From positions 248,001-312,000 of the forward strand of contig JAHDYR010000069.1 of the NCBI GenBank assembly GCA_019828565.1: a DNA stretch of 64,000 nucleotides, written 5' to 3'. The notes beneath the pieces were generated by a model. It was not told where the DNA came from and did not search any database. It worked only from the letters and a program-made list of their open reading frames with translations. Source of the DNA: Carpediemonas membranifera BICM. Its lineage: Eukaryota > Protista > Fornicata. The position numbers were made by a program, and so were the translations under genes. Shown piece after piece: positions 52,106 through 62,637 of this stretch (position 1 is its first letter; the number at the start of each line of letters is the position of its first letter).

Positions 52106-55100
52106 TCAAGGATCGCTATTTAGAGTCCACCAACCTGGGGCGCTGGGCATGTTCGCGCGATATGTCGCCGTGACGGTACCCATCGCTGCAAACGCTGCCG
52201 CTCTTTCATCTTGCGACAGCGTCATCCACGGGGCTCTAGCATTGCCGTCTGACAGTCTGATCGTTCCCACCGTGTCCGGCGAGCACTCTCCCAGGGTCAT
52301 CATCCCCGGAGCGTTTGCCCCAGCGAAGGTGGCGACCTTATTGCTTCGAACGGCGCTCTCAGTGTACATTTCCGGACCATCGCAGACGTTGTCCGGGATG
52401 GAGGCGACGACCTGAGCAAAACTTGGGCGATCTTGCGGGTTGGGGGCCAGGCACTGGGTGATGAGGTTGGCCACCGCTTGGGGCGTGCCGACGGGTATGA
52501 TTGGGCGATAGCCGCGACAGACCTCGACCCGGATTGCATCCAGACTGAATCCTTCGAGACGGTACGGGATGTCGCGCGCGGCGATCTCCCAGAGCGTGAT
52601 GCCGAAGGCGTAGACGTCGGCCTTCTCGCCGCCCACGCCGTCGAAGCGCTCGGGCGCCATCCACGGCCACGAGCCCTCGACGTTTTTGGAGCGCTTGCTC
52701 AGCTTGGTGGTCAACCCGAAGTCGCTGATCTTCGCAGTCTCCTTCGCGACGAGGACGTTGAGCGACTTGAGATCCCGGTGCTCGTAGCCCTCGCCCACGA
52801 TAAACGCCATGGCGATGGCGATCTCCCGCGCAAACTTCAGCCGTGTGTCCCAGGGCAGGTCGGCCTTCGAGAGCAGCAGCGCCGAGAGCGACCCCGACGC
52901 GAGCTCGAGCGCGAGCCTGATCTCGCGGTCACCTTGCTCAAGGGCATACAACGCGATGACGTGCCTGTGTCGCAGCTGCTTGTGGACGAAGATCTCACCC
53001 TGCAACCTGGCTGCCTGGACCGCGTTCAGGCCAGTCATGTCGACGACCTTGACGGCACACTCGCTGCCGCCGTACATGCCTCGGAAGACAGACGCCATGC
53101 CGCCCTGGCCGATGCGGTCGGTTACCTGGTGCATGATGCTTCCTGCAGGCTTGGTGATGTCCGCGTTGAGGCGTGAGCTATCGACAAGTTCATCCGCACC
53201 GTGGCTCAAGAGATAGACCAGGTGTGAGTTCTTACGGGCTACATGGGCAGCCGTCTTACCACGGAAGGAGAGCGTCGTGTCGGCACCGTGTTTCAGGAGG
53301 AGGGTGGCGGCATGAATGCTGCTAGTCTTGACTGCGGTGAACAGGGGCGGAGTGGTCGTCCCGTCCTTCGCCCCATCCACTGGCGCTCCTGCCATGAGCA
53401 GAGTGTCAGCTAGCTCCAAGTCACCATGGGCGATCGCCTTGTTGAGTCGGCGAGTCAAGATTGAATCGACTCCGTGGCGAATGAGACGAGTCATGAGCGG
53501 GTCGGCGACGGACTTCACCGCCTGTACGGCGTTCGTCCCGACTGAAGGGAGGAGGGGGTCGGCGCCGTTGTCCAGAAGGAACGTCGCAGAGTCCCAGTGG
53601 CCGCCCTGGATGGCGAGTACGAGGGCAGTTGTGTTCCGGCTGACGACGTTGACATCTACCTTTCTGACCTTCACCAGAGTCTCGAGCATCGCTGGCTTCG
53701 CCACGGCCCCGAGAACAGGAGGCCCTGACGGGAAATCGAGGACGCACTTGGCCTTGAGCAGCAGCTCGAAGACATGACCCTGGTCGCGGTCGAAGGCCAC
53801 GTGGAGGGGCGAGGAGCCGGCCCGGTCACGGATATTGGCCACAACAGCGCCGTAACGCTTGTCCTTCAGAGCTTGCTTCACCTTGCGGACGTCGCCAGTC
53901 GCCACTCTTTCGAGGAAGACGTCGCTCCGTTCTAGTGCCTCCCGAACCTTCCCGCGGAGGGCGGGCATCGGGTCTTTTGCCATGGATCGGGCGGGCTTGA
54001 GTCGTTCGAAGTCGGCCCCGACCTGACCCAGTTGTGTCGCGTGCTGCTTCACTAAATCAGCGAGACGGTCGGGGGATAAAACGGTGTGAATGAATGAGAG
54101 CAGTCCCTCAGTCTTAAGGAGGTCTGCCTCCTCGTAAAGGGCGCGGTCGAGGGCCACCATCTGGTCGGCAATTGAGTGTCTCAGCTTCCATCCCTCAAGA
54201 GCTTTCCACTCAAGCTGAAACTCATCCAGCAGCTTGGCCAGGGGAGTTCCACTGTCGCCAGTGACTATTAGCCCACTCCAGTGGACGGTGTCGAGGGACA
54301 CTGTGGCTGGCGGGGTTGTTACCATCCTGATCTTGATGCTCTCGGGGACCTCATCAAACTTCTTGATATGATTGAGGATACGGACGAGATCGTCGGTGCG
54401 ACACCCAACCCACTGTTGCGGGGGGTCGACGTGGATCACGGTCTGGGCTGTTATCGGGTTCTTACAGATCTGGTCGACCAGCTGGCCGAGCCTGCGGATG
54501 TTCAGGGGCAGAAGAATCTTCCCAATCTCGTCAATCATTTGATTAGTGGTAGTAAAAAACTTGTATGGGTCCAACACCACCGCAGTTCTGGGGAAAGTGA
54601 GCTGCATCCCGAATGAGTTCAGCTGGAGGCCGTTATTGACGACCGCCTTGGTGATGTGCTCGATAACCTGCGTCAGATGGCCCAGATCGGCCCCAGAGTG
54701 CGGTGGGAACCAGAAGTTGATATCAGAGCTCACCGGACCTGAGCAAAAGCCGGTAACAAGACCGTTCACGCGACACTTGTTGAACAACACGATGAGCCCG
54801 AGCACGTCAGGACTGCGCGACTCAGTCACGAGGAACTTGCCCCGATCCATGGTGATAGTCGCAGCGGGGTGGGTCAGAGTGACAGTCAATGACCGCGGGG
54901 CAGTGTTGGAGGCGAGTATGTGGACTAGAATGCGGGCTAGGTCGTCGAGGAAGACAGGCTGGTCGCTGCGGATGGTGATGTCAGTGGTACGCGTGACGTA
55001 ACGACGGCAGGTCTGGTCAATCTCGGCCGAAAACTGAGCTGACCGCGCCTGAGTGTCCCAGAGCTTGGCCGTGCCGTCACCAGAGCCAGAGGCGAGGGTC

Positions 55101-56426
55101 TCCCCGTCCGGGGAGAATGCGAGTCGCTTGATGACTCGCTCATGGCCCTTGAACTCACGGCTGGAGCCATCAGCCAGGTTCCACAGTCTGATCGCCCAAT
55201 CCCAGCCACCAGATGCCAGGCGACCGTCAGCGGAGAACGCGAGACAGTTCACATATCGCGCATGGCCGGTCAAGGATCGGATATGTTCACCAGTTTTCAC
55301 AGACCAGAGTTCGATAGCATTTGTCGCAAAAGAAGAAGCTGTGGCAACAAGCTCACCGTCTGGCGACACCGCCAAGCAGTCTATGCCGCGCCTGGTGTAC
55401 GCATCGAATCCTATGACCCTTACCTCGTCATACGACTCGGCCGACCAGACCCTGACTCGACCGTCCATGCCAGCTGACAATAGGATGTTGTCAGAGACGA
55501 ACTGGACGCATTTCACGGACTTGTTGTGGCCTTGGAACTTGTGTGAGAGGTAGCTTTGGCCGCTGAGAACGCGTTTGACTGTACTGAAACTGCTGACGCG
55601 CCACAGTTTGACTGTCTTGTCATCAGAGCATGAAGCGAGAGTCTTTCCGTCAGGGGAGAAGGCGAGGCCACGCACCCAGTCGTTGTGGGCCTCTAGAGCT
55701 ATGACTTGGCGGCCGCTCTCGAGGTCCCACAGCTTGATCGTCTTGTCTCCAGCTGACGCGACCGTGGATCCGTCAGGAGAGATCGCGATGTCACAGATAA
55801 ACCCACCGTTGTTCATCCAGGACCTATGGGCACCCGACTCGGCGTCCCACACGGCCAGCATCTTATCCTTGGAGGCCGTCACGACCCGGGTAGAGTCAGG
55901 TGTGTATGCTATGGCGACCACTTCATTACTGTTGCCGGTAATCGTCCTTATACAGTTGCCGGCCCTGGAGAAGCCTCTGCGGTGGCTTAAGTTCCAGGCA
56001 GCGAGGACGAGGTCGACCTGGTTGTGGCGAAGAGTTGCCACGAGCTCGCCGCTGGGGTGTTGGAGGGAGACGGTCACAATGGGGCTGGTGAGGGTCATGG
56101 TGAAGCTTAGAGGCTTGATTCTAGCGGAAAGGAGATGAGTGACAACGCGTTCCAGGTCTGTGATGGTGAGTGGCGTCTTCTCACGGGGGATTAGTCGAAT
56201 ATGAAGTGGTGGATTGTGGGCAAAGAGCTTGGATAGCTGGTCATCAATGAAGCTGCAGTTCTTGCTGTGTGAGAGGCTGCGGATTGGACGGACCATGGAC
56301 TGGATAACGATGGAATCGATGAGCGTACGTCTCAGAGGAGCTGTGTGGGAAAGTGATCGGGGAGAACGAACCATCTATGTAAATAACCACTGGATGCGGT
56401 ACAAACAGCGAGCAATGTCGCCTCAT
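52106..56426 (-). CDS. C4 zinc finger, novel repeated domain, WD40 propeller, ankyrin repeats and TKL-type protein kinase; four 5' introns
   Basis: Exons 56426-56407, 56374-56372, 56340-56329, 56299-56294 and 56264-52106. About 7 WD repeats; ankyrins (GSSPLHVA, TTALVLAI, PPLFTAV); kinase motifs GQGGMASV, AVK, HRDLKSLN, DFG and WMAPE. Confidence 0.85.
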
Positions 56427-56744
56427 GATGTTTTGGGTTTCGAGGAAGAATTCGATCTCCCGATTAAGGACGTCCGATCCCGCCCAACCCGGCCCAACGC
56501 GGGCACCAGAGAAGCACAGGGCATGTCTGATACGTTGAGTGTGAATATCCATTTACAAAAGCTCGGTCGAAGCATCGCAGCGCGTAAACTCAAAGATGGC
56601 ACGCGGTCAGAATCACACCCATGTTGGACTGATCCAAAGAGTCCACGGCGCAGTGAAGGTTGGCAACCAGCGGTTCTCCAGCAAGTCAGACGATTGATCG
56701 CCGGTCTTTAACCCGTCGTGGCAAGAAGAATTACAGCGCGCCGC

Positions 56745-57335
56745 TCACGAATTATGAACTTGATTCCATGAGTTATGATCAGGTGTGTTATAGTTGCTGT
56801 TTGAGAGCCCCTCGAAAGCTTCTTCCGGGACTTCGCGCCTAAAAACGATTGCTGGAGCTCCAGGACAAGTCTCTGGGATTGGAGAACCAACAGGTGTGGT
56901 AAATTCGTCCGGTATAGTATCTGTCGCCTGCATTTCTCCCAATCCAAACATTTCCCACGCTTTTGCTTTGCCCGCGGCGCCTAATTGCGCAAAAGTGCGC
57001 TTCATCTCCCGAGCAGCCTCTTGATCGACCTGAGCGAACGTAGTGTCCTGTATTCTATCCGTGTAATGGTCAGGGGATCCTGTGCCCCAGCCGCTACCCT
57101 TGGTGTCTTGGTTGGATCCATCGGACCGACATGCAGGGGATGCCATACGACCGGGACGATTGGGTGTCGGGCAGCAAGGCCCATGCCGACGGTGATGTCG
57201 TCTGTATTGAGTAGCATCATTGTCTGAATGCTGCTTTGCTCCAGTTGCGTCCCGTAACTTGCTTGTCATGAGTAGTGTTGTCGCCGTGGATGCTGTGAGA
57301 GATTGCACTGTGGAATATACGATATATGATTGCAT
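56745..57335 (-). CDS. Small hypothetical protein
   Basis: 196-aa ORF filling the gap between confident genes; low complexity; start uncertain. Confidence 0.35.
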   Translation of the reverse strand: MQSYIVYSTVQSLTASTATTLLMTSKLRDATGAKQHSDNDATQYRRHHRRHGPCCPTPNRPGRMASPACRSDGSNQDTKGSGWGTGSPDHYTDRIQDTTFAQVDQEAAREMKRTFAQLGAAGKAKAWEMFGLGEMQATDTIPDEFTTPVGSPIPETCPGAPAIVFRREVPEEAFEGLSNSNYNTPDHNSWNQVHNS

Positions 57336-57554
57336 TGAGCTCCACTGCTAGTCACGTTCCGCGAGGTCCCAGCAGATATGTCAGGTCGGTGGATATCGGG
57401 TGCTGATACCGTCACCTCACCCTGTGAATTGAATCAGCAAGGTATGCATGTCGTGAGAGGTTGTGCTGCTTCATATTTGATCTCATCTTGAGATCGAGAT
57501 GAAGATCGCATAACCCCCAGAGAGGTCGAGATCGAAACTCAGATTTCGACGACA

Positions 57555-58658
57555 ATGACGATGAAACTCCTTCTATTCTTCGCAATTGTATACGCAGTGT
57601 ACTGCATGACCCCTCAAACTGTCGGTACCCTCACTAAGGCCAGCGCTGATGGCGAGTATTTGCCTTTCAGCATGGTTGGTGATGCCGAGCTCATCCCGAT
57701 TTCCGTAGCGCACTACGAGACAGCTCAGGACCCTTCAGTCAAGGTCTATGTGTACTCAAAGGAAGCAGATCTCTGGTCCCTTTCCGATAAGATCGTTTCC
57801 GACGAGTACCGCTTCCTGCTTCCCTTTATGCTGAGCGAGAACAACCTCATCGTCGTCGCTGCGCCCAGTTTTACCAGTGCCAAGAGCGGAGCAATCCTCA
57901 ACTTCGTTCGCTCCGGCACTAAATTGACCCCCGCCGGCAAGCTCCCAGTCTCCTCCGATGAGGAGTTCTACGCCACGGGCATGAACGACCATCAGATCAT
58001 CACCGTTGGTAAGCACGGGGCGGTCCGTGAGTGGTTCATCAACGGTACAGAGATCATCCCGGGTGCGCTGAGTAGCATCATGGTCACTGAGCCAACCTCG
58101 GTCGGCATCATGACCGAAGACGCCATAATCGTGACCAAGGATGATGAGAACACCGCAATCCTTGCTACGAAGGTCAACGGTGTCTGGAAAGAATCCCAGC
58201 GAATCAGCGTGCCTCCCGAGTTTGAACTCCCCGGCACTCATGCTTCTGGCCACGGCCATGCCCTCTTCTCGCGGGTTGATGGTGAAAAGAAGACCAACCC
58301 CTCCATCGTCGTCTTCGAGCTTTACTGCGGTGCCCTTAACCATTTCAAGGTCGACCTCACCGAGGACATGCTTGGCTTTGACCCGAAGCTCATCAACGAC
58401 ATCCAGGCCCGCGTGATGGATGCCAACACTTTCGAGGTTGCCTTCACCACAGTGGACCTCAACAGCAACGTCTCATCGTACGGCAAGTTCATCCTGGTCA
58501 AGGACGGCAATTGGGTCGTCAAGTCGGTCGACCGTGCTGCCAACTTGCCCGTCGGCGTTGAGATCGCTGGTTCCTCTGTAGGCCGTGACGGCGGGCTGAT
58601 CGAGGTGACCATGATCGGCCGGAGGTACGAGAAAGACGTGCTGTACTTCGTCGAGTAA
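57555..58658 (+). CDS. Secreted beta-rich hypothetical protein
   Basis: Signal peptide MKLLLFFAIVYAVYC; strong GC3 coding bias. Confidence 0.7.
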   Translation: MTMKLLLFFAIVYAVYCMTPQTVGTLTKASADGEYLPFSMVGDAELIPISVAHYETAQDPSVKVYVYSKEADLWSLSDKIVSDEYRFLLPFMLSENNLIVVAAPSFTSAKSGAILNFVRSGTKLTPAGKLPVSSDEEFYATGMNDHQIITVGKHGAVREWFINGTEIIPGALSSIMVTEPTSVGIMTEDAIIVTKDDENTAILATKVNGVWKESQRISVPPEFELPGTHASGHGHALFSRVDGEKKTNPSIVVFELYCGALNHFKVDLTEDMLGFDPKLINDIQARVMDANTFEVAFTTVDLNSNVSSYGKFILVKDGNWVVKSVDRAANLPVGVEIAGSSVGRDGGLIEVTMIGRRYEKDVLYFVE

Positions 58659-58710
58659 TCGTAAAAAACATGATGCGGTGAGCTCTTTGTTACCATAAAC
58701 ATAACGGACT

Positions 58711-61700
58711 TTATAATGGCCCTCTAGCGTTGCCGTTGACCCAATTCACATGGTCCCTGATCCCTTCCCACATCGTCTCAACATACCCGTCCTGCCGCGT
58801 GGCAAACCGGTACTGACTCGCCACAAACTCGTCAAATACTGGGCGATCGATTGTAGCCGCCCTGATGCTTTTGGGCTGGGGCGCCATCGGATCGTACGAG
58901 TAAAGTGGCCAGAACCCGCAGCGTACGGCACGTTTCATGGCCGGCAGGGATTGTGACAGACCACCGCTGAGCTTCCAGTCCTTGCACGGGGCGAGGGCAA
59001 CGAGCAAACTCGGACCAGGGTACTCAAAGGCGCGTCTCATGCATTGTATCGTGTGCAACGGGTCAGACAGTGAAATCTGAGCGACGTACGCGTTGGTCCC
59101 GACGTACTGGCGGGCAATCGGGTCTGGCCACCGCACGGCAGAGTCTGTACTGCTCGTCTCGTACTGCCCGTCTGCTATTACTAGCCGGACCCGATCACTC
59201 CGGTTCATGGCGTGCATGATTGAGGACTTGTTTGCCCGTGCCCAGCGGTCACTGCCTGTCGTGACGACCTGGACGGGCTCGAGGAATGATAGGAGCTTCT
59301 TGATCACACCCAGGGCCCTAGCATCGGGGGAGAAGAGGTCGTTGTTGTCGTAATACGACTCGATCAGCTCGTGCTGGAACACGTGTGCCACAAAATCGTG
59401 TATATCGCGTGCGTGGTCAGGATTATCGCCCAGGGTCAGCCACCGCCGCAGGGCTGGTACTAGACCCGAGCTGATGTCCGTGAGCATCGGTGTGGGGAGG
59501 TAGGCGTTCACCCCGCCAGCCTGGTAGTATGGGTTCGACGAGGACTGTGTCTCCACGAGCGTGTTGATCTGCCGCGTAAGCTCGGCCCGGACGTGTGCGA
59601 GCCTGCTTACAATACCCATCGCGTGCTCCATGGCGTTGCCCGGGGTTGACCTGGTGAAGCACGGGGCGGTATCCGCAGCGCTGACGTCAGCCTGGAGGGC
59701 ACTGCTGTTGACCGTGGCCAGGTTGGAAGTGATGCAGCCGTCTGAACCGACGAAGATGACGTTACTGCCGACGAGCTGGGTGAGGAGCTTGAGGTAAGCA
59801 GGGATACCACAGCCGGGGCACGAGTTATCGGACACGTAAAGAGGTCTGAACAGCTGGCTCCCTTCTACTGTGTGGCGAAGCTCCGTGATGTCCTCTAACG
59901 AATACTGGTCTGCCATAAAACTGCCCTCCTTGAGCTTCGAACCCACGTACCCGAGTGACCTCGCCCTTTCCTTGTTGGACTTGGCGTCTGGGTCAGAATC
60001 GACGTGAATGGGTGTGAGGCTGTCAGTCGGACAGGCCTGGTAGCACACGCCGCACTCAGTACACAGCTGCTGGTTGACCTGGACCCTGAACATGAAGCCT
60101 GGATCACTGATGGGCGGCCTGGAGAGGAGTTTGGCTGGTAGACCGATGAATGGCCGCTTGCTCTTCTCCTTGGGGTCCGCCTGGTACCTCTTGCTCGCCC
60201 TGAAGTCGGCGTCGTCCTCGTCCTCCCTCCAGTGGATTATCCGGAGAGCCCCATGGGGGCAAGCGAGGCTGCACTGGTAGCACTGGGTGCAGAACTGGGG
60301 CAGCCACGACGGCACGTGCTTGGCCATGGACTCGTACGCCCTTCTGAGCTCGCCCCCGCCCAGCTGGCCCTGCTCGGACATGATATGGCCGCGGTCGCCG
60401 TACGCCATAGCCTTAATATCATCGACTAGGGGGGCCTCGATGTTGCCCGCCTCTACCATCTCGGGCCCAACGTCTGTGGAGGACGCGGCGGCCCAGGAGA
60501 CGGGCGAATACTCGACCTCGCGGAAGATCTCGTGTGCGGGGACGTCGCAGAGCGTGGTACCCGCAGCCCTGGGGAGGATGGCGTTGCTGGCCATGGACAC
60601 CACCGTGGCGTTCTCGATCCGCTTGTTCTTAAGACCCGTCGAGTCTCGTGGGAGGATATCGAGCAGGGAGGTCATAAATGTCCCAACACTGTGCATGGTA
60701 GCCGTTCTCTCTGGCAGGTGGCGCCAGATCGAGTGCGGTTGGTCGTATTTGCCCAGGAAGAGGCACACACAGGCTGTGGCCATCGCCGTGCTCTGTTTCC
60801 TGGGCGATAGGCCACAGGCGCGGTTGATGGCTCCGATGTCGATGGCGTAGAGCTTGGCATGGCGGTCTGCAATGATTTTCTTGAATCGGGGTGGGAGCAC
60901 CTTGTCAAAGTCGGTGTCCGGCTTCATATTGATCACAACAGTGGCGCCCTCCTTGATGTAGTCAAGATATTGGAGTTTTGTCAGATATGGCAAATTGATC
61001 CCGACAAAATTGGCCATACCCCGCTGCATGTAGGGGTCGTCGTGGGCCGTGTGGCCGATGTGGAGCAGGGTAGCGCACTGGCCTAACGCCATACGCTCGT
61101 CGCTCTCTCTAAACTGGTGGGTCACACGTAAATCCGTCGTGCGGTCGACCATCTTCGCCAAAGCACGCGATACAGTCTTCGTCCCGTCAGCCCCTGTTCC
61201 AAAGAACATGATGTCCACCCCCTCTGCATCCGAGAGTCTTAGGGGCGGGTCAGTGTCGTTGTTGACGATGCTAAGTGACTCAAGCCCGACTGCATTAGCC
61301 AGGCCGACCGAGATATGGTCCATAGGCTTGGGAAGGGCCATGTTCTCGAACAGGGTGAGTCCGTTGCGGGGCGAGAGGGTGTGGCCGCCGATGCCATGGG
61401 TCGCCCCGAGGATTTTGACGTCTGCCTTGCCAGCCCGCACCATGGCCTCGAGAATATCGTAGTAGAGGGGGTTCCTGGGCTGGGAGGGGGTCTCCAGCGT
61501 CCTGTCGAGCACGGTAATATGCTCCAGCCCCCGCATCATCTTGAGCCAATAAATGAGGTAATCAAACGGGAACGGACGGTACAGCGACACGGTGAACAGC
61601 CCGACCCGCCTGTCGCCGTGCTTGTTCATGTGGTTGACCACGCGTTTGAGTGTCTCTGTGCAGCTCCCCATTCCGATGAGGACGTCCTGAACCTGGGTGA

Positions 61701-62595
61701 TCGGTGCGCCGTAGTACTCGACCGGGTCGTATCGGCGGCCTGTGGCTCGGCCAAAGCGTTCCATGACGTTCTGGACGCGTTCGGGAGCCCGGTTGAACCA
61801 ATCGTTCGCGCGTTCGAAGCCGTGGAAGTATGTGTCGCTGTTGCCGATGGTTCCTCGCATGGCAGGGCGAGAGGGGGATAGCCGCTGCTCCATGAACCCG
61901 TCCAGTATCTCCCTGGGCATCAGCTCACGAAGAGATACCTCGTCTAGCATGGAAATTTGCTGGGTTTGGTTGAGAATCTTTGTCCCGTCGAAGAAATGGA
62001 GGAAGGGGAGGTGGCACTCGACAGCGGCGACCTGGCTGAGGATGGCGAAGTCGTAGGCCGACTGGACGGACGTGCTTGACACCATGGGGATCCCGGTTGA
62101 CCGCACGCTCATGACATCACTGTGGTCAGGAAACATTGAGGATTCCTGGCGAGTAATGGCGCGGGAGGGGATGTTGAAGACTACGGGGAGGCCGTCACCG
62201 ACTATACGGTGGAGGACAGGGGCTTGGAGGACGAGGGCGTCGCCGCAGGTGATTGAGGAGACGAGAGAACCGGTGGTAGCGGCACCGTGAATGCAACCTG
62301 CGGCCCCTAGTTCGCTTGGGAGTTCGTGAACGTCGATTCGATTGCCATAGCAGTTGACGCGAGGATTTCTCGTGAACGAACGGGCGATGTGATGTGCAGG
62401 CGTAACTCGCGAGTGGATGATCATCTCACTGAACGCACTGGCAGCATGGGATATCGCCTCAATCCCTGTCACCAAAGATGGCAGGGAGGCGTTGTCTTTC
62501 ATGATTTGTGAGGCCGTTTTGGTAATGACTTTAAAGTGCTCCTTCTTGGCATGGTACCCAACTCGAGAAATTATGACGACGCACGTGTCTGACAT
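58711..62595 (-). CDS. PFO: Pyruvate:ferredoxin oxidoreductase homologue, highly divergent
   Basis: SELGAAGCIHGA, DHSDVMSVRSTG, PFLHFFDG, LYRPFP and GTGADGT; ferredoxin motifs CTQCYQCSLACP and CTECGVCYQACP; CPGCG, LAPC and GFWPLY. Confidence 0.9.
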   Translation of the reverse strand: MSDTCVVIISRVGYHAKKEHFKVITKTASQIMKDNASLPSLVTGIEAISHAASAFSEMIIHSRVTPAHHIARSFTRNPRVNCYGNRIDVHELPSELGAAGCIHGAATTGSLVSSITCGDALVLQAPVLHRIVGDGLPVVFNIPSRAITRQESSMFPDHSDVMSVRSTGIPMVSSTSVQSAYDFAILSQVAAVECHLPFLHFFDGTKILNQTQQISMLDEVSLRELMPREILDGFMEQRLSPSRPAMRGTIGNSDTYFHGFERANDWFNRAPERVQNVMERFGRATGRRYDPVEYYGAPITQVQDVLIGMGSCTETLKRVVNHMNKHGDRRVGLFTVSLYRPFPFDYLIYWLKMMRGLEHITVLDRTLETPSQPRNPLYYDILEAMVRAGKADVKILGATHGIGGHTLSPRNGLTLFENMALPKPMDHISVGLANAVGLESLSIVNNDTDPPLRLSDAEGVDIMFFGTGADGTKTVSRALAKMVDRTTDLRVTHQFRESDERMALGQCATLLHIGHTAHDDPYMQRGMANFVGINLPYLTKLQYLDYIKEGATVVINMKPDTDFDKVLPPRFKKIIADRHAKLYAIDIGAINRACGLSPRKQSTAMATACVCLFLGKYDQPHSIWRHLPERTATMHSVGTFMTSLLDILPRDSTGLKNKRIENATVVSMASNAILPRAAGTTLCDVPAHEIFREVEYSPVSWAAASSTDVGPEMVEAGNIEAPLVDDIKAMAYGDRGHIMSEQGQLGGGELRRAYESMAKHVPSWLPQFCTQCYQCSLACPHGALRIIHWREDEDDADFRASKRYQADPKEKSKRPFIGLPAKLLSRPPISDPGFMFRVQVNQQLCTECGVCYQACPTDSLTPIHVDSDPDAKSNKERARSLGYVGSKLKEGSFMADQYSLEDITELRHTVEGSQLFRPLYVSDNSCPGCGIPAYLKLLTQLVGSNVIFVGSDGCITSNLATVNSSALQADVSAADTAPCFTRSTPGNAMEHAMGIVSRLAHVRAELTRQINTLVETQSSSNPYYQAGGVNAYLPTPMLTDISSGLVPALRRWLTLGDNPDHARDIHDFVAHVFQHELIESYYDNNDLFSPDARALGVIKKLLSFLEPVQVVTTGSDRWARANKSSIMHAMNRSDRVRLVIADGQYETSSTDSAVRWPDPIARQYVGTNAYVAQISLSDPLHTIQCMRRAFEYPGPSLLVALAPCKDWKLSGGLSQSLPAMKRAVRCGFWPLYSYDPMAPQPKSIRAATIDRPVFDEFVASQYRFATRQDGYVETMWEGIRDHVNWVNGNARGPL

Positions 62596-62637
62596 GCGTC
62601 AGAAAACCTGTGGCGGGTTGCTGACTGGCCATCTGGG

